DNA of 62,248 nt, counting the filler, from Ionaspis alba (taxonomy: Eukaryota): NCBI GenBank assembly GCA_964255285.1. It is 8 parts of 8 records of this genome, joined end to end, with 100 filler letters (N's around TTAATTAATTAA, not from the genome) between each part and the next. Parts side by side here need not be neighbours in the genome. Positions count along the whole stretch, not along the records: positions 7,819 to 15,534 come from CAXUUL010000812.1; positions 15,635 to 23,336 come from CAXUUL010000813.1; positions 23,437 to 31,130 come from CAXUUL010000814.1; 5 more parts are not named here. The stretch is one strand, 5' to 3'. Below the pieces are notes generated by a model. That model saw only the letters and a list, made by a program, of their open reading frames with translations, had not been told where the DNA came from and did not search any database. The position numbers were made by a program, and so were the translations under genes. This document shows, piece by piece, positions 11,188 to 24,450 of the stretch (positions are counted from its first letter, which is position 1; every line of letters starts with the position of its first letter).

Positions 11188-14176
11188 CTACGTATACGAT
11201 CTCATGGCCTTGACGCCAAGTTAGCAAAGGGAGAATAGGTAAGAAGGGAAGCACTTACGTCCTCGTATCCCGAGCCACCTTTCAGGTCCTGCTCGAAGGC
11301 CTCAAGGACTTCCAAAGTCCTGTTGATATGAGCCATGCAAAGAGGAACCTTCTCATTCACTGCCAAAGCTTGTGCAGTGCGAACAGCATTCTTGATTTGC
11401 CGACCCTATGATATTATTAGCATGACGATTATTGACTGTAGTCGACCGCAATTTACATTGAGATTGTGCTTCGCCATCTTATCCAAATCACCGCCCGAAA
11501 AGACTGCTGTCTCAATGCCTTCAATCTCCTTGACTTTGCCGAGGAACATGGACCAAATGCTACGCTTCGCTTTGAATGTCAGTTCGCTGTACTTGAGGCC
11601 GAGGTGGATTCTAGATTGGAAGGCCGGGTCGAAGTACTCCACGCGGTTGGTTGTGAGGAAGAGGATGCCTTGAAAGTATTCGAGGAGACGGAGGAAGATG
11701 CTGACGAGGGCGTTGCGGTGAATATCTTGTGCCTGTGCAAGCATTAGCGTATGGTTTATTGCACATTATCAGGATGGCCTTACGGTTCTCTTCTCTAGGA
11801 AGACGTCGGCTTCGTCGAGGAGGAGTAGGGCATTCCTTGAGCAGTCAGTAAGGCGAAATCTTGAGTCGAGCATTGTCAAATAACTCACCATGTATGAGCA
11901 ATGTCGAGGATCTTGGTCAACTCGGTCTCGAGATCACGAGGATGAGTGCCTAACTCCCCAGCGCTGACCATGTAAAGAGGTCGCTTAAGCAGTTCCGCAA
12001 TTCCCTCTGCCGTAAGGGTCTTTCCTGTACCAGGATCGCCATGTAGGACAGCAACGAGGCCTTTGCCCTTGCCCTGGATAACGTCGTCGATGTTCTTCTT
12101 CTCAGAATGCGCGTGAGACTCCACAAGTGCCTTGACGATCGATTTCTGGTTTGGAGGCAGGACGAGAGAGTCGAAGGCTCCTTCGTTGAACTCGATCTCC
12201 GATATGCTAGAGACGGTGAATTCCAGCCATAGCTTTTCGGAGAAAGCGAAGCCAAGAACAACAGGCGAGGCGATGACCAGCTCCTCCTCAGTGAAATCCT
12301 TCTTCTTCGTAACTCCATCTTGACCAGGTAGTTGATCGATGTCTTCCTTCTTGACTTCGTTCCCATTCTCATCCACCTGAACTTCGACGATGTGTGGCTT
12401 CTTCTCCTTGTCGATGACGACCTTCATTCTCGTCTCGATCTTATCAGCGTCGTCTAGGGGTCTCGAGATCTCACCCTCATCCTCCGAATCACAGCATTCG
12501 CACCCACCCTCATCCGAATCTGCTTCTTCTTCAAGGATATCGGGATCTGCAGGCTTGACCGTAGAGATGGGATAATTCGGGGCTATGCGGCGGAAAGTCC
12601 GAGCGTCAACCATGATCCTTCCGTCGATATTGACCTTGACAATCTGCCGCTTCTTCTTGTAGAAAGCCAGGCCCTTGCAGAACTTGTACTGCATACCAGA
12701 GAGTTTTACGAACTTCTCGCCTCTTTCTTTCAAGGTCTTTCGGATACCTTCTGGGTCCTTGTGGTACTTGAGCGGGTAGCAGGCTAGAGAGGTGATCTTC
12801 CGTGGTCCTTTGAAAGACTCGACCTCCACCTCCATTGTCCCCATTCCGAAGGATTTGCCATCGAACTCTAAGTATTTGCCCTCAATCTCCCACCATGTGC
12901 CTTTCATGAAAGAGCACTCCTTGGTTGCGAAGTCGATCTTGAAGGCACGTGGGTGGTCGTGTGAAGAGTAGGTCGGGCAATAGGCAATCTCATTACTCTT
13001 GAACAGGGCCCTGTTTCTAAATTAGCACATATCACTTTCCACGATCGAGATGAGATTTACCATAGCAAGTCGAAGGTGATCGTTCCAGCTTCNNNNNNNN
13101 NNNNNNNNNNNNNNNNNNNNNNNNNNNNNNNNNNNNNNNNNNNNNNNNNNNNNNNNNNNNNNNNNNNNNNNNNNNNNNNNNNNNNNNNNNNNCAACCTAC
13201 AGTCAAACTTCCGCCGAACGTGGAAGATATATTCGCCGTACTCATCCACATCGTTGTTATCATTCGACTTCTTGATCTCCCAGCGATGCGTCTCGTTCGA
13301 CCATAGCTGATCAACCCTAAAGTATGATATCTTACTCGCCTTTTTCTGCTTCTTCTTGCCCTTACCCGTAGACGCATCATCCCCAGCCACTTTGGCAGCT
13401 CTAGCTCGACCGAGTAGAGCATTTCTCTGGTGGAGATTCAGTGCCTGGAGCTGTGCCTGGAGCTGTGCCTGGAGCTGCTGCTTGGCAACGGCTGCTTGGC
13501 CATTCTCTTCTTCCGCCTCGTCCTCAGACTCCGCTTCCTGCTTCCGCTGTTTCTTGGCCTTCTTCCTTCTCTTTTTCCGCTTCTCGTCGTCTTCAGAACT
13601 GGAGGCGGAGCTTGAATCGGAGCTCGAATCGGAATCGGAGTCTTCGGAACTGGATGCTTCTTTCTTGGACTTCTTGCCTTTGGCTTTCTCTGCGGCTTTC
13701 TTCTCCTTCAGCTTCTTCGCCTTTTTCTTCTTCTTTTTCTTTGACTCTTCGTCTTCTGACTCTGAGTCACTGTCGCTCGAGGAATCGCTGGATGATGAGG
13801 AGGAGGAAGATGAATCGTCATCTTTCGATGTAGTCTTCTGCTTCTTCTTCTTCTTCTTTTTGTCGGCCGGCTTTGATTTACCAGCCGGATGAGTCTTGCA
13901 CGACTTTTTCGCCTTGGCCGCTGGTGTTGGCTCTGGCTTCTCCTTGTCGGCATGAAGTTGTGGCTCTTCCTTCACTGCGGAGGCCTCTGCCTTAGTCTCT
14001 TCTATCTTCACAGCATCGTCCATAGCTGCGGCTCTATTTAACGGCTCTAAATCTGCAGATTCGAGTTCTTTTGGAGTGGCGGAAGGAGTGAAATCGGGTG
14101 TGGAAGCGGTGTGTCCTGGATGGCTCGATGTAGCAGAGGATGAGGCTGTAGATTTGAAGGGACGAGGGGATGTCAT
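11188..14176 (-). CDS. Fungal AAA+ ATPase with K/S/D/E-rich N-terminus; multi-exon, spans an N gap
   Basis: Walker A GDPGTGKT, Walker B LLLLDEADVF, FLRLLEYFQGILFLTTNR, FDPAFQSRIH, NGRQIKN after splicing, last exon AMRSYT*. Gap 13093-13192 hides part of the CDS. Confidence 0.9.
13093..13192. other. Intra-scaffold 100-N gap
   Basis: 100 N without linker; the AAA ATPase continues on both sides. Confidence 0.97.
13441..13476. repeat. Coding tandem repeat, 12 nt x3 (GTGCCTGGAGCT)
   Basis: Directly visible; encodes QLQA x3 in the AAA ATPase on the minus strand. Confidence 0.9.
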
Positions 14177-15534
14177 GGAGCTGGTAGATAGGATCGGGTT
14201 GATCACTCCACGCAGCACTTTAAACACTCTAAGATCAGCAACACAAGGGATTTAGAGGAAGTCGGTTCGAACAATCAGAGCAACGCCGATGTTTGTGAGA
14301 ACAAGAGCGACCAGAGGATCTTTAAAGAAAAGGCACCAGCTGAGCAAGTGGTGTGGTGTAGCCTAGATCCAGCGAAGCCCCCCGCGTTGTCATACAATGG
14401 AGACTGATGATAGGCGAGGCGAAGCTGCAACCTGCACTTGAACGATATCGGGAGACGCGGCACTAAATCCTTGATCCTTGCGCCGCTGAATCGTGAGGCT
14501 GAAAACTGGTTCGCCTTTTGGTTAGGATTAACTTCAAAAGATGGAAGTTATGTAGCGGCAAGAATGACAAGCTGGATCTAGAGTTGGAGATCTGTGTAAT
14601 TCAGCAAAAGCCATAGATCTGACACATGAGTTACCGGTGGAGGTCCATCGCGATTCATCGCCAGTAAAAGCGGTGCATGACTCTTTGCGTGGAAGACTCC
14701 CCCGCACAACCTGGTCCGCCTGAATGCAAGCCTCGTTGGCGCCTAATCGATCCGGCATCTAGCGTTTAAGGGAAAGGAGGATAATGTTGTGCTACAACAA
14801 CCCCCATCCCATAGAGGTTTCGGCCAACCGTCACCGTCATATGCCGACAATAATCCAGGCTGTTATACTGTATCCTTTGGAGCAAGGCTTAGGATTCTCC
14901 ACCGTTAGACTGACAATACTCTCAGAATGTGGCTACTATTGCGGCTCCGTTCTATAGCCAAGGGCGCTCTGAACTTCAGACTCACCATTGATTTTGGCAA
15001 CGGCCATGGTTCGCACCGTGGTCTACTTTCCAGCTTCCTCGTCTCACTTCCTATGAGCTCCTATTTGGCCGTGTCTTCGCCATGACGAATAGTATCCTCG
15101 TTCTTTCTCCTCTACTACCGCTGCTCCCCTCGTATGGTCCATCAGTTCTCCCATACTTTCCTCCAGCATATATATAGCAAGGGGGTCAATTAGACCTTTT
15201 CTGGTTTTATCCTGTGTATCTAGGATCTTCCAGGCTCATATACGGATGGCTTCTACAGTGTGAGTGAGGCAAAAGGAAAATTACTTTCAAACAATAGCCC
15301 GAAAGTTCTCTCCTAGTGACGAATGATCATGTGGGAATCTACCTATACATGACAAGTTCGGAAAAAGGATCTAAGGCTGTGTATATCCGTGAACTAAAGA
15401 TAATTTTGTTTAAGTGACCTAAGCTGATTTTGAGCTTGTCAATGGCAGATGCAGCAAATATTCCTACGAGGCAGCAAAGAGGGATATACGCGCGGCTATT
15501 TGTACAGAATAGCGGCACTACTTCGGTCCTCGTA

Positions 15535-15634
15535 NNNNNNNNNNNNNNNNNNNNNNNNNNNNNNNNNNNNNNNNNNNNTTAATTAATTAANNNNNNNNNN
15601 NNNNNNNNNNNNNNNNNNNNNNNNNNNNNNNNNN
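15535..15634. other. Artificial scaffold-joining spacer
   Basis: 44 N + TTAATTAATTAA + 44 N. Confidence 0.98.
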
Positions 15635-18094
15635 GAGGAGGGACTGCGCGTGGGCGAGGGGTCGTTGCTGAAGGGGAGGTAGTCGAGATTTGGTTGTTGG
15701 GCGAGGGTGGAGGTTGAGAGTGGTGTTTGACGGGGATGGGAGAGGGAGTGCGAGTGCGAGTGCGAGATTGAGGGGGAGGCGCGGAGAGCGGGCTCGGATT
15801 GGATGGAGGAGATGCTGTTTTGGCTGTTGTTGCGGCCGTAGAGGGAGCGGTTGGTGGGTGCTACCATGGGGACGGTAGAGCGTCGGTTGCTGGGTGTGGG
15901 GTCCAAGGAGAGGTCTTTGGTAGACGGTCGTGTGTTGCTGAAGGAGAAGCGGGAGGCGATGGCTTGGAGGTGCTTGATCTTTGACTTAGGCGTCTCTTGT
16001 GGAGCGGGCATGGCGCTTTCGGGGCTTTTGCGTGTGGTAGGACTCGGTTTGTTTGAGTGTGCGGACTTGGCAAATCGTTCCACAGCGATCATCGAACAAG
16101 CCATCTTCTTGAAAGCAGAGGCACATGGTGCTGCACTGCGTTCGAGGATTTCGATGATGGCGCAGACGAGCCTTTGGTTGTCTCGGATAAGCTTGCCCTC
16201 CTGTTTGAGTTCTAGGCCTTGGAAGAGGAGACCGAAGCCGGATAGGAGAAGCAGTTCGTTCTTGTTGAGGCAGAATGAGAAGCTCATATGACGTTCTTCG
16301 AGGAGCTGGACGATCTGAATGATGTGTTTGCTCGAATCGGCGAGAGCGACAATGGATGATGAGGCCTTTGAGCCGAGATCCGAACTAGCTACAGAACGAT
16401 GAAGTAGAGTCCGAATGTAATAATATGCAAGAGACTTGGTACCCAGTCAGTGACACTCGTCGAGGGATGGACATACTAGGGGCTTGCTCACCAGTAAAGG
16501 AGATCTGCTGCTCACAACATTTGTGCTCGGCTTATCTTGCACAAATTGAAGGCGCAAATGAGGCGCTAGGTCTTCACGCCATCCGTCCAGCTCATCACTC
16601 AGAGCTCCAATCTTCTGGAGAGAGGTCTCGTGGGAGGTAGCCGCAGGATAGACTTCCGAGAGAACGCGAGACATGATGCGGGAGACTCGGAAGAGAGCAA
16701 GAGCACTGCAGATTTTGGTTGCCTCGCCAGGTAGTGCGGGTTGAAAGCCACGCTCGGTAAGATTCTCGTCGTCCACGTCGGCAGGATACTCCGTGTGGAT
16801 ATCATCATCTTTCATCAACTTGGGCAATCCAAGAAGTGCGGCAGAGAAGCTTTGAATAACATTAGTCTTGTCATCTAGGAATAATGGGAAGACGACCTAC
16901 CAGTCCAACGTATACAAAGTCCAGAAGACCTTCTTCCTCGTTTCCCTGGTCAGAGCTCCAAGAGAGAAGCGCTTCTGACTCTGGTGGAGTCCGAGACGGT
17001 GAGACATAGTGACTGCGATACCACCGTAGTATAAAAGCTTCGTATAATCTCCTTTCGCAATACAGTAGATCTGTGCTAGTGCAAGACATTGCAGAGTTGC
17101 CAATGTATTCTCCGAGATGACAGAGTCTAACGCTTGTTGCCACTGTCCCTCAGAGTTGCACACATCCTCTTTACCCGACTGTGCCGAGATTAGATCGAGA
17201 GAAGTAACTACAGATGCAAATAAACATACCTCGGTCGACAAAGCAGCAATTCCAAACACAAGATGTATTTGTGCTATGGATTGCAGATCCTTGACCATGT
17301 CTGGGTCGATAACATAGTCCTCATATACCTTCAAAAAGGTAGGTCGATGAAGCACAGGGAATAACGGAGCCCACTCTTGGAAAAAGACATTGATCATCTG
17401 GTCCGAAAGCAGGCGAGGCGGAGTCCTGCTGGACGTGGTGGCAGTGGAGTTGTTTGGCGAGAAGATCGGTGGGCTACTCCTGGCGAAGAAGGACTTGGTA
17501 TTGAAGCTCGACGTTGATCTACCGCTCTCCTGGATCTTGGTCTTGAATGCATCTTTGACAGTAGAAAGTCAACAATCGGTAGTGTCTAACGATCATATCA
17601 ACCTACTGACCAACAAAAGCCCTGCCACTAGACGCACCCATGAAGAAGGAATCCGAGTTCCTCTCATTCTCCATCAGAAACGGTGATTGTTGGATCTTGA
17701 AGGTGTCCTCCTTAGCCGGAGGTTCTGTAGACTTGCCATCGCTGGCAGTTGATAGAGTAGCGGAAGGACGTCGCGGTGGAGAAAAAGAATGGATCTTCGA
17801 CAACATGTCTATCTTCTCGTCTTTTTCATCCAGTAGATCTTTCAGTTCTCGGACCTCTCCTTCCAATGCACGTACTCTTTCCTCCAGCGATTCCGTATAG
17901 CCGCGTGGGAAGGCTCTTCTGCTCAACTTATCACTCGTCTTGCACTCGAATCCCACATTTGCACACTGCGAACAGCAGGGCGTGACGCCGTCGCATCTTA
18001 TCTTCTTGCTCCTGCATCTATCGCATGCTTGTGCTATTCTGCTCTGTGCGCTGGACCCGACCTTGATAACTTTCATGGGTAGAATACCCGGCAT
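15635..18094 (-). CDS. facB: Zn(II)2Cys6 acetate-utilisation activator FacB/ACU-15 (Cat8 family); 3' end cut by spacer
   Basis: Characteristic N-terminus [69 protein letters not shown]. Fungal_trans region [18 protein letters not shown]...[14 protein letters not shown]. Several GT-AG introns. Confidence 0.95.
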
Positions 18095-19048
18095 GATTGC
18101 GGTGTTGTAGTAGACGAGGCTATGGTAAATGGTCTTTTATTCATAAATTTAACGGTCGAGATTTCACTCTTCTTTTGATGTAATTTCCACAACGAGAATA
18201 GCCAAGGGGTCCAAAGCAAGTATCTCTTATCTAGACGTAATTCTGCAATGACATCGAAGGAAGAGATTGAATGCTAGGTAGTAGCGGGGATGCAAAAGGA
18301 TTAACATTCAGGCAGGGAATTCCAAAAACTCCAGGGGAGGGATAGAAGGGCGACATGGGGGGTAGCCCCTCGGAAACTAGCTCCTCCGGCGGGCAGCTGT
18401 GATTGCTCAATCCCGATCCCCTCCCCAGACCAACAGCGAGCCCGTCCTTCCAAGTACCGCTAGGGCCAGCTGGATTTGCGGGGGCGGCTTGCTTTGGTCT
18501 TTTGGAGTGGCCAGAAGAGGCAACGTTCGAGACATGGCTGTCGACGTCTGCTTGTTCAGTTCTTCGTCAGCTCTACTACTTGTCGCCCTCTGAAGCAGGA
18601 ATATGGCACAACTACCAATGACTGATGGCGAGGGGTTGTTGAAGTGACACTTGTGGCAGCATTGAAAACAAGGCTCAGACTGTGCGACCACTCCCGAGTT
18701 CATCTCCCGCGACTTTGAAGTTCGAAGGTTCTCCATCATCAGCACGTCAATGGCGCGCCCTTCTTTTGCTGATCGCACGACTAGTGGATTGACTCCCACA
18801 AGGCCAAATTCGAGAAATTCCAGATGAGTCTCGATCGCGCCCTTGGATGCGGAAGGCAAGTAGGGGCTGAGAGTCTCCGAGTCTGCTTATTCAACCTCGC
18901 AATCCAGCCCCCAGAGGTAGCAGTTGCGCAGATCGCGGAGTAACCTCCTTCGTCCTGCAACCTCACACCAAGATATTCGCTGGCAGCCGGTCCCACCAAT
19001 TGCCTCTTCGAGTGCAAATCCCCCCAAACCAACCTGCATGTACCGCAT

Positions 19049-19148
19049 NNNNNNNNNNNNNNNNNNNNNNNNNNNNNNNNNNNNNNNNNNNNNNNNNNNN
19101 NNNNNNNNNNNNNNNNNNNNNNNNNNNNNNNNNNNNNNNNNNNNNNNN
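19049..19148. other. Intra-scaffold 100-N gap
   Basis: 100 N without linker. Confidence 0.97.
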
Positions 19149-19156
19149 ATTCAAGC

Positions 19157-22100
19157 CTAAGCCAGTTCCTTGCCAATCTTGTCAAATTCCGCCTTCCACA
19201 TCGGATACTTATCAGGAACGAAGAACGGATCCTCATTCAGCTTATCACTATCAACAAAGATATTCCCCCCCAGCTTCACCAAGCCAGTAGCAATCGGCTT
19301 CGCAGAGCCCGTATCATCGAGTCCAGGACCATGAGCATTCGCACTCTTGGTATCCTCAAAGACCTGAGCATGGAAGCTCCTACCGGCCTGGAAGAAGAAC
19401 GACTTCTGTGCAAGAACTGTCTCAGTATCTGGGAATGGCTGCATAGCAACCTCGGAATATGCGTCCGCCTTGACGATAAGACCTTTGGCTAGTTGATCAG
19501 CGCTCAACTCTATGTCGAGCTTGAGGGTCACTGAGTCGGCGGAGAGCTGGATGTTGGGTGAGCACACGAGCATGTGGTCAAGATTCATGTCCTCTTTTGT
19601 GCCATAGAGATAGAATGGCATGCCACCAGCTGGGTAGCCATGGTTTCGGTACTTCAAGTTGAGGGGACGACTTTTGATCACATTTGTGATTTTGGTGTCC
19701 AGGTCTCGAGCAATAAGTGCCCTTCGTGAATGGTTAGCGATGCATTGCTAGGGTCATCAAAGGTGAGGCTTACCCCTTCGCCGTCTTGATAATGGCCTTG
19801 AAGGTCCCCCCAGACTTCAGGACTGCGGGCAAATCCTCCTTGTTCTTAGTACGCAGAATGAAGCTTTCCTTTGGATTCTCTGTTCGAGCTTTCTGGTACG
19901 CCTGCAGGCCTGCTGCGGAGAGTTCAGCTGACACGATAATCTGCTGACGGTGATTGGCAAGATGGATCTTTGGAAGGTGAACCAAGCATAATTTCGTATT
20001 TCCCTGGATCAGGAACTCGTAAAAATCCGGTGCCAGCTCGTTCCGTTTCCGACAGACCTAAGCGCAAATTGATTAGCCATTCGATTGTTTGATGCTGGAC
20101 TATGTTGAGGCGACCTATCTTACCTGCACTTCTCGCTCCACGACCTGCCGGAACTCTGCAGCAAGCTTGGCGATGAAATTGCCATCCGTTGGGAAGGGTG
20201 ACATGACAACATTGCGAAGCACGAAAAGATTGTCATCGCTAGGGGGCAGACCAAGACGCTTTTTGAAATTGCTCACGCATTCTCCATATTCCTTTTGCGT
20301 GAATTCGGTCGACGAAAGGAAGAGCGGTATGGTCGTGGGATCATCGGAGGGTGAATCAACGCAAAGGATCTGCGCAACGCGTTTGTTCAAATAGTTAGCC
20401 TCCTCAATGTCGTCGTTCAGCTTGCCATCAGCATAGCGGAAGTTGCAAGTGAAAGCATTGATGTTCAGGTCAGATCCCAGCTTGCGAAGGAGTGCCATAT
20501 TTGTTTCTTCGGGAGGCTTCCCGGCATCAGCGCTCATGATCTCTTGGTTCGACTTGCAGAGGATCTCGTCACGGATCTTCTTCTTTTCCGCTTCAACATC
20601 TTCCATGGTTGATCCTTCCTTTAATTCAGATGGCAGCATGTTGAGCGGAACCACAATGAAGCTGTCTTCAGGGGTAGACATAGCTGACCACTCGGCCGCG
20701 ATCTAAAGATTGTATTAGCGATAGTCCAGGTATATAATGTAATCGTACAAACACGGCTCTAGCTTACCCTGCTGCAAGTGAATGTGACTTCGCCAAGTAG
20801 TGCGCCATATCCGTCGGGACCGAGGCCGATACATTTGTTCGAGAGCCAAGCAGACATCGCAGCTGCACCAGGCTTACTGTGATAATGTCAGTGGCGTCCC
20901 TGACAGCTGCGCCGTGGCTCCTGGGGGAAGTGATTCAAAGGTACCTTCCCTCGATACCATAAATGCCTATGCTCGTAGTAGTTGGGTCCTTTGTGATATA
21001 GGGGGAGCTCCACGTCACAAGAAATCGCATACGCTCATCCTGATAACAGAGGCCTGCAGACGTTCAGTGCTTCTTCGGTAGAGAGGAGGGATAAGGAATT
21101 GCTGCACTTACCGCCAACTGGATATGGGATGTATCCTGCTTTATGTGGATCAACAGTAATCGAGTCCGCGTATCTAAGGGCGAAAAGATCCATTTGAGTA
21201 TTGGTACGTAACGAAGAGTCGGGTACAACTCCATCATCTCCTCTTCCTATATGCGGTAGGATCGGGTCGTGCCCGGGCTGGAGACCCTTGGGCAGCATCG
21301 AGGCGAAATAGCCACCCCACGCTGCATCTGCATGAACGATGAAGGAAAGACCCTGCTTCTGGTATTTGTCGCGGAGCTGTACAATGCTTCCAAGAGGGTC
21401 AACGCTGCCTTCCTCAGTGGAACCTATAATGGCGACGACTGCGTAAACAGCTTGCTGGTTCTTGAGACAACTTTCCAGATGCTTGTCTAGAGCACCTACA
21501 TCGATACGCGCCGCATGATCGATAGCAATGCCAATGGCATTCTCCGAACCGATGCCAGTGACGGCTACACATTGAATCGAATGGTCAGGAAATGACTAAT
21601 ATAAGGGATTGAAGACTGCAAAGATACTCACCGCACCCTTTGGGCCATGAATAGTGCCTAGTGTTAGAAAGCACATACTGGATCGGTTTGCTGATATTGT
21701 ACTGCTGTTCCAGTGGTTCCTTTGACGTGGACTGGATCGAGTACTTTCCCATGACAGCTCCTAAGAATGCAGATGAGACATTGTACTCTCGGTACAGCCG
21801 GTTGGGGATGTCTAATATCGTATGCACTTTCAAATTGAGCATCTCCCAGGTCGAAAGGTCTTTCAGCAATTTGTGGACCGGGCCATTTGGGCCCGGTTTG
21901 CAGAGCTCGACCTGGAATCCATGGGCGAGGAACGCAAGTGGCCCGTCATTCATCATGGCGTTTCTGACTGAGAACGGGTAGAACTTCAGATTGCGAGCTT
22001 ATTACGAGAAATTTTGTGAGCAGAAAGAGCCATCATATTAGACTGGTGATATCTTACCGACCCTACAAGAAACACCTGTTAGCAATTAACGTCGAAGAGT

Positions 22101-22830
22101 CAACCACTCAGAAACTTGAATACTACACGATATGCATTGGCAACTCACCAGATAGATTCTAGATTTGCTACTGTTCCACCGCAGGTGACATGGCCCCACG
22201 CCCTCGGGGCGCTTTCATTATCGTTATCGATATTGTAACCAAACATCTCGCACAGCTGATCTCCCACCTCCAGTTCGGCCACGGTGGTCATCGGACTGGC
22301 CTCGATAGAGACGTTATTTGGATTGTACAGCATGGTCATGAAATAGCCTAATAGTGCAGGCATAGACATGTCCGTGCACATGTGTGCTTCATAGCGTGGG
22401 CTCCAAAAGGGAAGAGAATGCTGCGCAAGCAACGAAGCAGTCTTTCTGACTGCGTTCTGCACACGCTTGGTCTGAACCTTGAATGTTTTCGAGGCTTGGA
22501 CGGCCTCTGTGATGAAGTGCTGCGAGGAAAGTTCCGCATTAGCTTCTATCAGGCTACTCTACAATATCAGACGAGAAGGGTTTGCATGTCTTTCTGTGAT
22601 TTGGACGCAATTCATGCTAGTGATAAAGGAAAATGCTGAAGCCATACTCCATCTTGTGGGAAATATGTCTCGCGAACGTAGCGTTGCTCTTCGAGAATGA
22701 TGTCAAGGTTCTCTTTGAAGCGATTGAGGTTCTCCCCTTGAGGACCTAGGAAGTATGAACTAATGGCTTGGTGGGTAGTGTCCTCATGGGCCGCAATTGA
22801 GGAGTAGACATTGTTGACTTCATAGACCAT
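19157..22830 (-). CDS. Large group II PLP-dependent decarboxylase (tyrosine decarboxylase / non-canonical AAAD-like) with C-terminal appendage domain
   Basis: HQAISSYFLGPQGENL, PFWSPRYEAHM, YNPNNV, WGHVTCGGTVANLESIW-VARNLKFYP, HYSWPKG, HADAAWGGYF, PLP lysine DSITVDPHKAGYIPYP, GIYGIEGS-KPGA. About 250 aa of extra C-terminal sequence in exons from about 20060 to 19157. Many introns. Confidence 0.9.
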
Positions 22831-22959
22831 CTTGAACTCAAACGATTATGGAATTTGGTATTGAGGGTGGTGGGTATCAGTCAGGATAAGGACTCAGCAA
22901 GTACCAGTCATGTATTCCTTGGGAAGAACAAGCCAAGACTGGTTGGATTGACAGAGACC

Positions 22960-22969
22960 ATATATATAA
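22960..22969 (-). promoter_or_regulatory. Probable TATA box of the decarboxylase gene
   Basis: TATATATA tract about 130 nt upstream of ATG 22830. Confidence 0.45.
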
Positions 22970-23336
22970 TGGTTTGATTTCTCCTAAAGGTCCAACCTCG
23001 CAAGAGCAGTGGGTATTGAATCCTCTAGGATCTGCGTTTTCGGCATCATGTCGGTCGGATCTGCTTGCAGTCCGTACAACGATTGGGTAAGGTAGAATAC
23101 AAATGTCTGCTGACAAGTTGTTCTGGCTTTCCTGTTCTCTACAAAAAGAGAAGTGATTTGACCTCTCCCCACCGATCTGTCGATGGGTGACATGCATCTC
23201 TATATCGCGTCTAGTGAAGGCTATCCAATAAACGGTCAACTTGAGGGTTTGTACACGAAGCTCTGCAGATGAAGTTAGCCTTGTTTGGCTGGTTTTGACG
23301 GAGAGTGAGGCAACAGATGCTTCCTCGCCAATCTAT

Positions 23337-23436
23337 NNNNNNNNNNNNNNNNNNNNNNNNNNNNNNNNNNNNNNNNNNNNTTAATTAATTAANNNNNNNN
23401 NNNNNNNNNNNNNNNNNNNNNNNNNNNNNNNNNNNN
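23337..23436. other. Artificial scaffold-joining spacer
   Basis: 44 N + TTAATTAATTAA + 44 N. Confidence 0.98.
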
Positions 23437-24450
23437 ATTTTGTTACCTCTCCTTATAGCGGCCGTGTTGGTTCTGGGTCTGTACCTTAGCAGGCTGCTTG
23501 ACGTCAGTGAAATACGAAGATGAGCCTCTGGTGGACTGCCTTCTCTATGGATATTGGCGCTGGATCCAAGCATAGGGAGTGACAGGCCTCACAAGGTAGT
23601 ATTTTCACCAAAGCGAGAGCCCTCACAATTGGAAATCTTATACATGGTATGGTGATTAGAATTGCATGCTCCAACTGATGCCGCCTTTTGCAACTAGCGC
23701 CCCTACGGTATAAATATCCTGCTATGATTTGGAAGCAAAAAGTCGACTGTTCTGTCTCTGTATTGGCCAAAAATGCTTGTCATGCGCAGTGGCTTGCGGT
23801 CCCGCGCTCTGGCTTATGCATATCATGCTTGATCGTGTCTTCATGTCAAGAGGTGGAGATCTTCCTGTGACAATATGTGGTTGGAAAAACTGTTCCTTTC
23901 GTGATCTCAGTCTCTCTGATACGCGAGTTGCTTTTGGTTGCACAGGCATTTTTTGTCCGAGTCAATCGTCTTGTGTTGTTTGGTGATATATGAGTCGCAC
24001 CAATAAAGGCTCGAGTCTGTACTACGTCCGATCTCAGTCCGCTTGCCCGCTCCCGAAAACCTACCCCACATAACCCCGGATTGCGGGGTGTGGCATGCTC
24101 TTAGCTGCCAAGATCGGAAGGGAGCAACATGTTCCTGCAAGAATGTAGATCTTTTGCCAGCATTTTGATAATGCGGATCAATGGGATCGTGCTTCTAGCC
24201 TGGCATAGGTCAAGGATGCCATGCATCCCATCAATTTACCATGGAGCCTGGATCGGATTCATGCAGACGCTGGGGCCCGTTATGCCGAAAAGACTGCCCC
24301 TCTCTCGGATACTGCAGAAAGGCGGTGCATATGCGAGGTCATATAAGAACCTCCTCCTTCGCAGGGTGTTGTACGATCTTGTTCAATTGAATCTGTTTGC
24401 TTCAAGATCTGGTGTTCTCATATAGAGGCTCAACATAGACTTCTTTCGAG

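Noticed and set aside
13356..13892. Long antisense ORFs such as this one, 47375-48121 and 55812-56465
   Set aside because: Shadow frames opposite real genes with biased composition.
18095..19048. Several CreA-type SYGGRG hexamers upstream of facB
   Set aside because: Biologically plausible, but the degenerate 6-mer occurs about once per 250 nt by chance, so the handful seen is not convincing.
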